Positions 27,500 to 40,257 of a stretch of 64,000 bases of DNA are shown in pieces. The stretch's first letter is position 1. Every line of letters begins with the position of its first letter. A program made the position numbers and the translations under genes. The notes beneath the pieces are model-generated. The model was not told the DNA's origin. It searched no databases and saw only the letters and a list, made by a program, of their open reading frames with translations. Source of the stretch: Eledone cirrhosa. Its lineage: Eukaryota. The stretch spans positions 3,534,001-3,598,000 of the forward strand of contig OZ024746.1 in the NCBI GenBank assembly GCA_964016885.1, written 5' to 3'.

Positions 27500-28064
27500 A
27501 GAGAGAGACTGAGCATAAGAGGAATCAAATGCTGTGTGCAGGAGAGGCGGATGCGTTGGTATGGACATGTGATGCGTATGAAGGATGACAGCTGCATAAA
27601 AAGGTGCAGAGCACTAGAAGTCGATGGAAACCGCGGAGTGGGGAGACCCAAGATGACCTGGGATGAGGTGATAAAAGCCGACCTTACCCAATTACACCTC
27701 TCAAAGGCGATGACACACGACCGTGACCTCTGGCGTCACGCAGTAATACAGAGTACCCGACCTCCCATGGGTACAAGCTGAAGCATATAGACAATATGCC
27801 CCACACCCTCCCACTGCAAGGTGGTCATGGAGGTGCCACGGCAAAAAAGAACCCAGCCCACACTGTAAAGTGGACGTGTAGGCGCCACGAAAAAGTACCC
27901 AGCACTCACTGTATATGAGGTTGGTGTTAGGAAGGGCATCCAGCTGTAGAAATCAAGCCAAATCAGTTCCTGTATGAGCAAGGCATGGTCAGCCGACCAG
28001 ACACTGCCCACAACAGGACAACCCGTCTAACCCATGCTAGCGTGGAAAAACGGACGTAAAACGG

Positions 28065-28097
<33 letters not shown>
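27500..28097 (+). mobile_element. RTE-clade LINE 3' end plus 3' UTR with (GAT)n tail
   Basis: ERRMRWYGHVMRM...GNRGVGRPKMTWDEVIKADL...DRDLWR. Confidence 0.85.
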
Positions 28098-28098
<1 letters not shown>

Positions 28099-28122
28099 AT
28101 ATATATATATATATATATATAT

Positions 28123-28165
<43 letters not shown>

Positions 28166-29592
28166 TATATACGAGGGAGTGCTGAAAAAATTCCCGGAAC
28201 ACGAGAGTATTAGAGTTCAGAGAATAATGGTTTCTAATTTAGGCAGAAGACAACTTTGGGGGAGAGGGAAAGTCGATTAAATCGACCCGAGTGCATTACT
28301 GGTACTTCATTTTTATCAACTCCGGCAAAGTTAACCTTGCGCTCTGTGTTCAAATACAGCTGAGGTCAACTATATTTTCCCCTTTTTCCATGTCGATAAA
28401 TAAAGTACCAACCACGTACTGGAGTCGATTCTTTTTTCGTTTGATATCGGTTACATTGCGCTGTGAGAAGGATGGTAAGTCAGTGTCCCTTTATTTAGAA
28501 ATAGAAAGTGGTTGAACGAGCAGACTAGTTATATTACTGCAACTGTTGTGAAATGTAGCACAACACGGAACATGATTAAAAATATAATATATATAGTGGT
28601 AGGAGAAGAGAGTGTGGGGGAAAGGCTTTCATTCGGGTTTAAAAACATTTAATTCCACTTGGCACCGTTGTTATGGTTGTTTAGCCCTAGCCAATCTTCG
28701 TATCCAGCTTTGTCCGCCTTTTTAAGAGTAGATAAAACTATATTACCTAGTGCATTTTTTACTTTATTTAAGACCGTAATGTGTAATTTGAAGAAGAATT
28801 GTGTGACTATTTAGCAGGTCGAGTCATTACTTTGGCTTGTCACATTGTATTGTAAATGTCTTTGGTGAAGTTATGAATACCACAGGATAGCAATGATTTA
28901 ACGAGGTAACTATTACGTGACAATAATCTACCGCATAGCATATGAATTAATTTTATATAACTTATCTGTTCTCAAATAGTGTTGGAATCACTGAATCCTA
29001 GAAAATTATACGCATAGAAAGCTCAGAATTTTGCAATAGATAGGCCTTATTATAAATATAATTTATTCCAACCGAGGTTAACTTTGCTTTCTATCTTTCC
29101 GGAGTCGATAAAATAAAGTACCAGCGAAGTTTCGAGGATCGATATTAACTCGTTCCCTATTTCGAATTTTCTGGTACAATTAATTATAAATGTGTTATAT
29201 AAGTCAACAAATTTCCAAAGTCGTCACAATTTTGACAACAACGCTTAGAGGTAATTGTTCCAGTTCACTGTACTCGGAGCTAAATTTTGCCTTTCAGCCT
29301 TATGGGGGTCGATAAATAAAGTACCAATACCGTATTAGAGGCAATTCTTCTCTCTCTTTCTGTCTGTGTGTGTGTATCTTTTAGACTTGGTTAAGTCGCA
29401 CTGTGAGAAAGATCATGGGACCGACACCGTAAAAAAGCCGATAGACTACTGAACACATTCAAACACTAGGTGATGTGGAGAACTGCGAAGAAGGGATATT
29501 TTACCGAAGCCTTCTTGTCAAATCTACACCACCGGTTGACATATTCTGAGTATTCATTGATATGCTATGTCAAGTCACGGGCCCTTAACCCC

Positions 29593-29633
<41 letters not shown>

Positions 29634-30045
29634 GTGATAGAAAGGAAGAGATATAGTGGAAGAATCGACCCTAGTACTGGACTGGTACTTTATTTTATCG
29701 ACCCTGTATGGATGAAAGGCAAAGTTAACCTCGGCGGGATTTGAACTCAGACCATAAAGGGCCGTAACTCTTTGCTGCAAAGCATGGCGTCCGACTCTCT
29801 ACCGATACTGTCAATCCAGAGCCTAGAAATAATATTTCTCTATCGTCTCTAAATACACAAGATTAGGAAGAAATTAGTCAAATGTATATGTAATGTTATA
29901 TAAAATGACTTATGATAGAACACTACTGTAAATTAGATTTGTTATTACCGCGGCGTAAATAATAGATTTGTTAAAAATGTGAGAAATTGAGAAGAAAACT
30001 AAGTTTGCAAAAGACATTTCGATGTTATTATTGTTATTATCATTA

Positions 30046-30620
30046 AGGCGGTGGATTGGCAGTATCGGTAGAGGGTCGGACACCATGCTTTGCAGCATAG
30101 AGTCACGGCCCTTTATAGTCTGAGTTCAAATCCCGCCAAGGTTAACTTTGCCTTTCATCCTTACGGGGTCGATAAAATAAAGTACCAGTAATGTACTGGG
30201 TGATTGCTGGCCTTGTGCCAAAAGTAGAAACAATTATTAAGGCGGTGGATTGGCAGTATTGGTAGAGCGTCGGACACCCTGCTTCGCGGCATAGTAACGA
30301 GTTCAAATACCGCCGAGGTTAGCTTTACCTTTCATCCTTAAGGGGTCGATAAATAAAGTACCAGTAACACACTGGGTCGATTTAATCGACTTTCCCCTTC
30401 CCCAAAATTGTTGGCCTTGTGCCAAAAGTAGAAACAATTATTATTGTAGGGCGGTGAATTGGCTGTATCGGTTGGGCGGTGTACAGCATGCTTTGTAACA
30501 TAGAGTTACGGCCCTTAATGTTCTGAGTTCAAATCCCACCGAAGTTAAAATAAAGTAATTTAATCGACTTTCCCCTTCCCCCCAAATTGCTGGCCTTGTG
30601 CCTAAATCAGAAACTATTAG
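30046..30620 (+). mobile_element. Three tandem SINE family 1 copies
   Basis: Heads at ~30046, ~30240 and ~30449; a similar tandem pair lies at 58678-59060. Confidence 0.85.
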
Positions 30621-30782
30621 TAGTATTATTGTTGCTATTATTGTTGTGAGAGTGATTAAATAATATATAGAAAATAGAAATAGAAACCAAGCGAGAACCT
30701 GTGTTATATGAAGCTTCCTTCTAACCAATGGGTGACAGAAGCAGCAGCGTGAAAGGGGAAAGGATACTAACAAATATCTTAC

Positions 30783-32273
30783 CTTCAAAGGAAAGCATGC
30801 ATTTACAGTAAAATCCACCAGTGGTAGTTTTTCGACAATTCCCACCGTTTTGACACGGGTTTGGAAAACAAGAATTTAAAGTTGTTTCACAACGTACACC
30901 TGTAAAACCTGGCAAACACTGACACAAACCGTTTCTACAATGACCGCCATTTTGACAAGTTGCTTTTTTGCATGTTGTTTTATCTTGACAATAAAGACCA
31001 GTAAAGTCTTCAAAACATATACATTTGGTTTTCCCATGAATTATCAAACACTGACCTCCGTTCAAGCACGTATTTTCTTGACAGGGAGGCCCTATTTCAC
31101 ATTGTACCCCGATATAACCCCTTGGACACAAACAACTATAACCTCCATCCGATTTCAAACAAGTACCTCCATTAAAACAAGTATTTTTTGTACATGGATC
31201 CCACTCATTACAGTGGATTCCTGAATACCCCGGTGCACAAGTACACTTGTAACCTGCAGGCGTGTTAAATACCAAATCACAAGTGCCATTATTTTTGCAA
31301 GGGGAAAATTGGCAACCAGATGTATCTTGTTCACAGCGACGTCCTGTATGACCTGCATCACATTTGCATACGTATTCAGCGTCTGATACCCTTTGACAAC
31401 CTATTGATCTATTGGACGGGCATGTTGACGAAATGCACGGATTGAACTGTTGGCAGTTGATCCCTATGAAACCATTTAGACACGAACACTTGTACGTATC
31501 ATCATCGTTCATGCTACAGGTTCCTCCGTTTTGGCAGGGTTTCAAGTTATAGCACAAATCTTGCCTTTGACACTCTCCTCCAATAAAACCAGGTTTACAT
31601 AAACAGTGCTTCCCTGTAATATTGCCAATATGACATGTTCCTCCATTTTTACAATGAATAGCAATGCATGGATTGGGATAAGAACAGTCCCTACCTTTAT
31701 ATTTTGCTGTGCATTTGCATTTATAAGAGTTTTTCTGTGTGGGAATACAAGTTCCGTTATTATTACAAGGGTTGTATAAAATACAAAAATCAAAAATGTC
31801 ACACAGAGGTCCAGTGTAACCGGGTTTACATTGACACTTATAATCCTTTTCGTTAACTGCTATACACTTTCCATGTTTGCAAGGCTTCATACCACACGGG
31901 TCCAACGAATCACATGTATCACCGGTATATCCTGGAGAACAATCGCACTGAAAATTGGTATTAGAATGTATATTACATGTGGCGCCATTTTGGCACGGAA
32001 TAGACGAGCATGGATTTGAGAACTCGCAAAACTCACCAACATATTCATCAGGACATTTACACCTGAATTCATTGTGGGATGTCATCTCACAAGTGCCGTT
32101 GTTCATACAGATTTTGTGACCACACATATCTTCATCCTCACATGTGTCACCCCGCCAACCTCGAGCACAATGACAGGTGAAATCATTTGTACGTGAAACA
32201 CACGTTCCTCCATTGACACATGGTGTTCGTATAAGACACTGGTCAAATTTATCGCAGTCTGGACGCATATTGA
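30783..32273 (-). CDS. Coding exon 4: 12 complete EGF-like repeats plus most of the 13th
   Basis: CTTTCAG acceptor, GTAAG donor, 1491 nt open, phase 1-1; regular 6-Cys EGF spacing (e.g. CLIRTPCVNGGTCVSRTNDFTCHCARGWRGDTC). Confidence 0.97.
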
Positions 32274-34179
32274 CTGAAAGGAAAGATAGAAGGAAAACAA
32301 TATAAATAATATATCAAAATATAATTGGTTTAAATAGAATTAAAGGCCAGCAATTAGGAGTGGAGGGAAAAGTCAATTATATCAACCAAGTCAATTATAT
32401 ATACTTGACTGTATTGACTCCGGAAGGATGAAAGGCAAAGTTGACTTTGGCGGGATTTGAACTCAGACCGCAGAATACCGGAATAAATACTGTAAAACAT
32501 TCTAACCGATAGTCTAACATCTTTACTAATTCACCACTCTTATGGCTCTAAATATAATTGGCAGCGTTTATATGAATGTTTTAAGTTCATCTCCGTGAAT
32601 ATTCATCAAAGAAGAGTGAGTACATTGATATTTGTGTTATGTTTGAATATTCTATATTCATTTATGGACAATTAACGACTGACAACGACGGAATTGTAAG
32701 ATGATTAACAAAAGTCAGTGGTTCGTATCTCATCACAGATACTATGAATTTTCTCTAACAACAATACTATGGTCATGTGGTTAGAATGTCCTAAGAATAA
32801 GTGGGAGAATGAGGAGGAGAAGAAGAAGAAGAAGAAGAAGAAGAAGAAGAAGAAGAAGAAGAAGAAGAAGAAGAAGAAGAAGAAGAAGAAGAAGAAGAAG
32901 AAGAAGAAGAAGAAGAAGAAGAAGAAGAAGAAGAATATTTAACGCTTAATGTCCTTGTTTACATTGTAAAATAGGTAGTTCCTAAGTCATCACTCGCTCC
33001 GTTAGAAATAACCGAATTATTCACAGATTACACCCCATTGTCTTAAAAAAAAGGAAGACGATGTTGAGTAATGTAGAGGTAAACTGCTTGTAAAAGACAG
33101 GATGGTCATGGCAGGAATTCTTTTGATAGACGAGTCCTGATCTGGGACCTGAACAACACAGCAACAATAACAGGTAGTGCTATAGGCAGGTTCAGCTTAT
33201 CTCCGTGTAATTGAACGTTTCATTAGATTTGCGGAGAAAACAATGTTATTATGAGCAAAGCCAGTTAGTCTCCATTAGCAAAGAATGATTACGATGGACA
33301 GAACTAATAAGATTCTAGTTTTATTAACTTCATTAAAGACGATGGATCAAGCAATGGCAGAATTTCCTCATCGAAATCACTGCAGATCAACTATGAAGAA
33401 ATAAATACATTTCATATTATTGTGTCAAATAAATGTCGATGTTGTTGATGTTGATGTTGTTAGCGGTCTCCTCTGACCTATGATCAAAGTTGTTTCACTT
33501 GTCGCTATTCAATCTGTTCTGCCAATACTGTATCTACTAGTACGACTACCTTATCCAATATATGAAAGTAAGGCATGGTTTAAAAGAGACTTGACTGCTA
33601 TTTCCAGCATGTCGAGTGAACTTATAGTGTCTTCATTGTTGGCATGTGTTGAATAAACATCTCCGCCACTGCACAGTATTCGTGGCTTCCATTCTGGCCA
33701 CCGGGGCTGTGGGTAGGTCTCGTGGGTAGGTCTCGTGGGTAGGTCTCGTGGGTAGGTCTCGTGGCAGAGATGCAGGGAGAGGAAATTAGAAGAATCATTT
33801 TGGATTTAATAAAAGAGACACCCATCCTGATCAACTCCCTTCACTTCACTTTAAATAGGAATCAGAGGATGATATACTTCAAAGTTGTAAGAAGTAGAAC
33901 AGCTGATTTCTTCTAAAGAAGAGAGAGAGAGAGAGAAGGGGGAGGGTGAGAGAAGGGGGAGGAGAGAGGGGGGAATCGACGGGATTTGAACTTAGAGAGC
34001 AGAGAATCTGAACAAATAGCCACTTTGCATTCTATCCGATGTTCTGCCAATTCTCTGCCAATTCATCGCCTATAAAATATTATTTAGAAAGGAGAGGGTC
34101 CTTCTTTTAACCGAAACTCCAAAGAAAGCGGAGGTTCATGGAAAAGGGATGTAATATAATCGATGTTAGGTTAACTCAC

Positions 34180-34434
34180 CTGCCTGTCGCCATTTACTGA
34201 AAGGGCTACTTTCACTTAGGAATTCAGCTTGGACTCTGTAGAAATAAGTCTCGTTGCCAGTGTCACGTAACGGTGTATTGTAGCAATATTCGGGACCACC
34301 ATACACCTTGTTACGATGATGGTAGTTTTCGTTTCGGATTTCAACGTTGTATGTGTAATTGAGTTTGTTTACTCCGTTCATCCAGCATATCCGCGATCTT
34401 TTCCCTTTTGTAATTGTGCAAAAGGTCGTTAATT
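34180..34434 (-). CDS. Coding exon 3: fibronectin type III-like domain
   Basis: TTGCAG acceptor, GTGAG donor, 255 nt, phase 1-1; FN3 hallmarks RICW, YNVEI, YFYRVQA and SPFS. Confidence 0.85.
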
Positions 34435-34521
34435 CTGCAATAGACGTCAATAGAATAGGCGTTGAAATATATAAAAATATTTATATATACAGGGATACAT
34501 ATGACAGTAATTATCTCTTAA

Positions 34522-34675
34522 CCTTTTAACATTTACTCTATACATATTATTATATTTTCAAGGTAAAGGCTTTACCTCACATAATTATCTTATAAAATAT
34601 CGAATCTATGAGATGTTGATATTATTCATTTTGAGAACAATAAGACCGGATATGGCCGGTTTAAATGCTAAAGGG
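34522..34675. mobile_element. piggyBac-type MITE
   Basis: TTAA on both sides; TIRs CCTTTTAACATTTA / TAAATGCTAAAGGG; shorter relative of 42046-42264. Confidence 0.82.
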
Positions 34676-35271
34676 TTAATGTTTGTTTTAATACTAGCAT
34701 TTTTAAAACCTATAGTTAGGTAAACAGATTATAACCAGCATACTTCCACCTCCACTACCAACACATATACATACCTTCACAGGTACATACGTGTAAAAAG
34801 CTGATATTTATCCACGCACACACACAGACTAGGGGTTAACCTTGCTAAACATCTGGAAATGATCTGGTTCCTGACCGAGTGGACGGCCAATCTCAGACCA
34901 GGGCGCCAGAAAGGAATTCACAATGGTTGGATGTTATGAGGATGGAACTATCTTTGACCAATAGTTAGGAGCCATGTACATCCTTTATGTGAATGCCGTG
35001 GGGCTGTTTATTCTAAGTCATATGTCACCGGTGCTTTGATAAAGTGACACCAAATATCAGCCCTGGACATATCAAATAACATGAACCGAAATAACAGGAG
35101 TAATTTATATTTCTTCTTCGTGTGTTTTCTGTTCAACTAATAGCTGTTTGATGAAGTCATAACTGTTACTTAATACTTAGCATCGAAATATATATAACAG
35201 CGATTGTATAATGAATAAATGAAGTATATTCTAACCTGTTGACTTCTACTTAATTATATCTAAGAGAGACG

Positions 35272-35401
<130 letters not shown>

Positions 35402-35409
35402 AACCCAGC

Positions 35410-35775
35410 TTTGTCATTGGGAGCTGGACCAACCCCCGAACAGGACATCACTGTGTGGTGCCAAAGGTCCCGTCTTCCACATCTAGCCTGGGGTTCAAGG
35501 GCCCTCAACTCTTCAACAAGCTGCCGAGGGATCTGAGAGATCTGCATGGTGTGGACGTGGATGTTTTCAAGAAACATCTCGACACCTCGCTATCCAGGAT
35601 CCCGGATGAGCCCACAGCAAGGCACGAGGGAAACCTAAGGGTAGCAGCAACGAACTCCCTCTTGCACCAGTGGCCAACCAATACAGGCTGGAGATAAAAT
35701 GTGTAGCAACAAAGGCGGTGCCCCAGAATGGCCTCAACCGGATGGCTGGAACAGGTAAAAGAGTAAAAGAGTAAA
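35410..35775 (+). mobile_element. CR1-group LINE 3' end with short-repeat tail (GTAAAAGA)n
   Basis: SLGFKGPQLFNKLPRDLRDL...VDVFKKHLD..L..IPDEP. Confidence 0.75.
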
Positions 35776-36573
35776 TCCGAAGTTTGGATCTAGCTGTCGA
35801 AATGGCCGGAGCTCAGCCGTCAGGGTCCTAAATCTTTACATAGCCTCACATCTGATAGCCCCACATCCCCAACACACTAAAAAGAAACAAACAGGATCGT
35901 CTTTGATCATAGGTCTGTGAAGGCACATGGCTTAGTGGTTAGAGCATTGGGCTTGCAACTGAAAGGTTGTGAGTTCAATTCTCGGACCGGGTGATGTGTT
36001 GTTTCCTTGAGCAAGACACTTTATTTCACGTTGCTCCAGTTTACTCAGCTATAGAAATGAGATGGTAGGGACTGGGGTTCCTATCATTAAATCACCCAAG
36101 ACACCTCCAGCAAGATATACCTTGGAGGAGGCCAGCTAAACCTTCATAGGTGTGAGCTGTAACAGCAACAACAACATAGGTCTGTTCTTTAGGACTGACG
36201 TGAGTCAAAGAGCTACAAAAGATGCAATATTCAGGACTGGAATGTTTTTTTTTACTATATAGTCACTTAATCTGGGTTCACCTGGGGCTAACAACATCAG
36301 CTGTGTGAAAACTACCGAAATGCCAAGTTAATTTTAATTTAACATTTAATATTTCTTTTTCATCATTGCATCTTCAGTGATGACCCTTTGGTAGGATATA
36401 GCTAGGGTCGCCAGACGGCAAAGGAGATGACTCACATTGTAAAGACAATGCTTAGAAACTACTTAATAAAATTGACTTTTTGCTAATTGGTGCTATTGCT
36501 CGTAAGAGACGAATACTTAACAACATCGGGATATGACTCACTGATTAATAAACTAAACTGCGACACACTATTA

Positions 36574-36610
<37 letters not shown>

Positions 36611-36690
36611 GTGTGTGTGTGCGTGTGCGTGTGCGTGTGCGTGTGCGTGTGTGTGTGTGTGTGCGTGTGTGTCTGCTATATATGTATGTA

Positions 36691-36768
36691 GAGGGTGTCC
36701 CACAAAAATGTATACATACTTCAACACCATTCTAATCAAAGTGTGTATACATTTTTTAGGACACCCTG
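36691..36768. mobile_element. Tc1/mariner-type mini-MITE (78 bp)
   Basis: TA flanks; TIRs GAGGGTGTCCCACAAAAATGTATACATACTT / AAGTGTGTATACATTTTTTAGGACACCCTG. Confidence 0.8.
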
Positions 36769-36951
36769 TATATATATATATATATATATAACTGATAGAT
36801 AGATATATTGCGTATGTGTTTGAAGAAATGTCCGGAAAACGTTATGTAGTTCAGCTGCAGCTGTCCGCCAATCTCTGCCAGCTTCCTTTTTGTTATAGAT
36901 ACGGCGAAACAACTGATGAAATACACAGCATGATAGGGGAGACTTCCTTTA

Positions 36952-37195
36952 GTGGTGGTTGTGATGGTTGTGGTGGTGATGGTGGTGTTGGTGGTGTTGG
37001 AGGTGATTGTGATGGTGGTGGTTGTGGTGGTGATGGTGGTGGTTGTGGTGGTGATGGTGGTGGTTGTGATGGTGGTGGTGGTGGTTGTGATGGCTGTCGT
37101 GGTGGTGGTTGTGTTGGTGGTGGTTGTGATGTTGGTGGTGGTTGTGATGGTGGTGGTGGTTGTGATGGTGGTGGTGGTGGTGTTGGTGGTGGTAT
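36952..37195. repeat. Degenerate (GGT)n microsatellite; a second one at 45130-45445
   Basis: Trinucleotide periodicity; source of the poly-P/H/T/V ORFs. Confidence 0.95.
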
Positions 37196-37546
37196 AGTGT
37201 TGGTATTGTTGATGTTGCCAAAGCCAGTCAATCTAGTCTCCCCCACCCCCATCCGTAGACTTAGTACCTAGAAATATAATCCAGTTCGTTTTCCATTTTT
37301 ACGATAATGGTTTCCAATTTTGGTACAAGTCCAGGAATATAGGAGAAAGGAAAGTCGAGTATATCGACCCCAGTACTTAACTGGTACTTTATTTTATCAA
37401 CCTCGGAAGGATGAAAGGAAAAGTTGACCTCGACCAGATTTGAACTCAGAACCTAAAGAGCCAGAACCAATACTGCTAAACATTAGTCTCACACTCAACG
37501 CCCAGTCCTGATCACTGTGTTGTGCCTACAGCTAGATGGACTAGAT

Positions 37547-37693
37547 CAGTCATGGGTAAACTGCGGCCCCTACGGCTCTCTCAATGGCACACCTCATTTC
37601 AAAATTGCCTTGAATTTTTTTAGTCGTGCAACCTACCTTATGATGAGCCGCATCATTTGTGGCCCACTGCTCTAAAAAGGTTGCCTATGTCTG
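37547..37693. mobile_element. hAT (Charlie-like) MITE, 147 bp
   Basis: 8-bp TSD GACTAGAT (37539-37546, 37694-37701); imperfect TIRs CAGTCATGGGTAAACT / AGGTTGCCTATGTCTG. Confidence 0.85.
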
Positions 37694-39025
37694 GACTAGA
37701 TCAATATAGAGTAAGTTGAGCTGACTGTGAGGTACGGCTCGACGGTGGATACGAACGCAGCACATGACGGTCTATAAATCGATATATTAATGATTAAGCC
37801 AATAGCTTTAAAAATAAATACATAGTTTACTATAGTGGAAAGAGTAAATTTTAGGTGAGACGGTGGACTGAGATTGCAATAGAATTTCAGCCACTGGATG
37901 ATGTTATTTCATTTACACTTGGAAATACATGAACGTGACAACATCTCATTGCTCCCTATCAAAGAGTTTCCGCGTGGTGGCTTGACCTGCCAAATCTCTC
38001 AATTTACATTCTACCGTCTTATATAAGGACAGGAGATTAGGTTATATAGTCCTGTGAAGTAGGGAGTCGTTAGGGTATCGGACTATGAATGTCTCGGCAT
38101 TTCTTCCGGTTTACTGCGCTCTCAGTTCAAATAACAGCGAGGTCAACATTGCTTTTCATCCCTTTTAGGTCGTTAAACGAAGTACCAGTCATATACTGAG
38201 ATTGTTTCTCCCTCTTTCAGTCTCCTTCTCTGGAAGATATCGACTGGGTTTCAACCCGGAGAGGAATGGGCTCTGCTAGTTATAAAATCTCCAAAATGTG
38301 TCAAAACAACCCTCCTAAGTCTCTATCAGAAGTTAAGCACCTTTTTTTTTTAGTCCTGTGTGTGACTAAAAAGAGGAGATTGTCATAGTTGGAGTGGCTC
38401 TCAACAACAAGAGCACCAACAAAATTTAAGGGACTCTAACTGCTTTACAGAACTTAACTTTGTCTGCATGTAGGAAATAAAATAATTCCCTTACTAAATA
38501 GAAACAGAAGAGGGGGGGGGGGGGAATGCAGGTTTTTATGTATTTCTGGTTATCATGACAGATTCACATTTCTGTCAGAGACCGGAAATATTTGGCAGTT
38601 TACAAGTTTGTAATGTAGTCATTAGAATACTCTCTAGTCACAGTAGTCAGCAGTATTGATGACTTATATATATGTGTGTGCGTGTGTGTGTGTGATCATC
38701 TTTATTTCCTTCTATGTGCCAACACACTTCTTGTTCTCTTCAATCTGTTCTATATTTTATCTGACAGTCACCCACCCCGTGGATTGTCCCTCTGCCGACC
38801 GCTGTCCACTGTTCTCTAAGTCATCTTTGTTTTGTTCATCGCTGTCTTTGACAGCATTTGGCAATTTTACCATCTATTCTGGCGTCGAGTTTTCTTATTT
38901 TTCTATGAATTCAGGTCTATTCTTGCTTCGTCTTGACTAGGTACAGTTTATTCATATATATATATATGTATATTTATTTATTTATTTATTTAGTTAGTTA
39001 TGTAATAAACAACATAAGATAATTA

Positions 39026-39086
39026 TTTCATTTACCAGTTGTTTCTTGAAAGCAAACAAAATTTGCTTTCAGTCATCAGAATGAAA
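39026..39086 (-). ncRNA. Minimal type I hammerhead ribozyme, family D (left arm of fold-back 39001-39222)
   Basis: Minus strand: TTTCATT-CTGATGA-[CTGAAAGCAAAT ttt GTTTGCTTTCAA]-GAAA-CAACTGG-TA/AATGAAA; one stem III mismatch. Confidence 0.68.
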
Positions 39087-39139
39087 AAATCCTGGTGTAT
39101 TTATTAACAGTGGATCTGTCAATAAATACACCAGGATTT

Positions 39140-39200
39140 TTTCATTCTGATGACTGAAAGCAAATTTTATTTGCTTTCAAGAAACCACTGGTAAATGAAA
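39140..39200 (+). ncRNA. Minimal type I hammerhead ribozyme, family D (right arm)
   Basis: TTTCATT-CTGATGA-[C TGAAAGCAAAT ttt ATTTGCTTTCA A]-GAAA-CCA c TGG-TA/AATGAAA; 7-bp stem I, 11-bp stem II; predicted cut after 39193. Confidence 0.8.
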
Positions 39201-39289
39201 TAATTATCTTATGTTTATTACATGACTAATAAGCTCTGTAACCTACATAGAGCACTCTTTTTTCCTGGACCTTCCCGACGGAATTACTT

Positions 39290-39403
<114 letters not shown>

Positions 39404-40063
39404 AGGTAATTCCGAAGGAAAAGCAAAGGAAAAAAGAGTGCTCTATGTATAGAACAGAGCTATTTAATTAGAAAGTGAACAACACAAAATATAATTACTC
39501 CATTACCAAAGGTTTCTGGATCACAGACAATAATAATCTGGATCGGTCGTCAGACAGAGATGTTATAGATAAAAAGGTATATTATTATTGTCTGTGATCC
39601 AGAAACCTTTGGTAATGGATTAGTTATATTTTGTGTTGTTCACTTTCCAATATATATATTGAGGGTAAGATGGAACAGGGAATGACAGGACATTTATCTA
39701 CAAGCATCTGTAGTAAACTACTCATTATTCACTCTACCGATAAACTCGCTTCATGTGATGTAGACTGTGTATATATGTGTGTGTGTGTGTGTGTGTGTCT
39801 GTGTCTGTGTCTGTCTCTGTGTGAGTGTGAGTGTATGTGTGTGAGTGTGTGTGTCTGTGTGAGTGTGTGAGTGTATGTGTGTGAGTGTGTGTGAGTGTGT
39901 GTGTGAGTGTGTGTGAGTGTATGTGTGTGTGTGAGTGTTTCTGTGTCTGTGTGTCTGTGTGAGTGTGTGTGTGTGTGTGTCTGTGAGTGTGTGTGTGTGT
40001 GTGTGTCTCTGTGTGAGTGTGTGAGTGTATGTGTGAGTGTGTGTGTGTGTGTGTGTCTGTGTC

Positions 40064-40109
<46 letters not shown>

Positions 40110-40257
40110 TGTGTGTGTGTGTCTGTGAGTGTGTGTGTGTGTGTGTGTGTGTCTGTGTGTGAGTGTGTGTGTGTGTGTGGGCAAGTTTTACCATAACCAA
40201 TACAATCCAAGTAATATGTGGTTCCTGTTAGCTTTGTTAATAGTATCATTTGCTCAC

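Noticed and set aside
30721-30782. Hydrophobic C-terminus of the 515-aa ORF (KIFVSILSPFTLLLLSPIG) as a TM or GPI signal
   Set aside because: It lies past a strong G|GTAAG donor and would leave EGF13 without its sixth Cys, which exon 5 supplies. An intron-retained isoform is not excluded but is unsupported.
36816-37271. Pro/Gly/His-rich ORFs (also 45081-45556, 8773-9326 and the many CV/HT/YI ORFs)
   Set aside because: Translations of microsatellites or minisatellites open in several frames.
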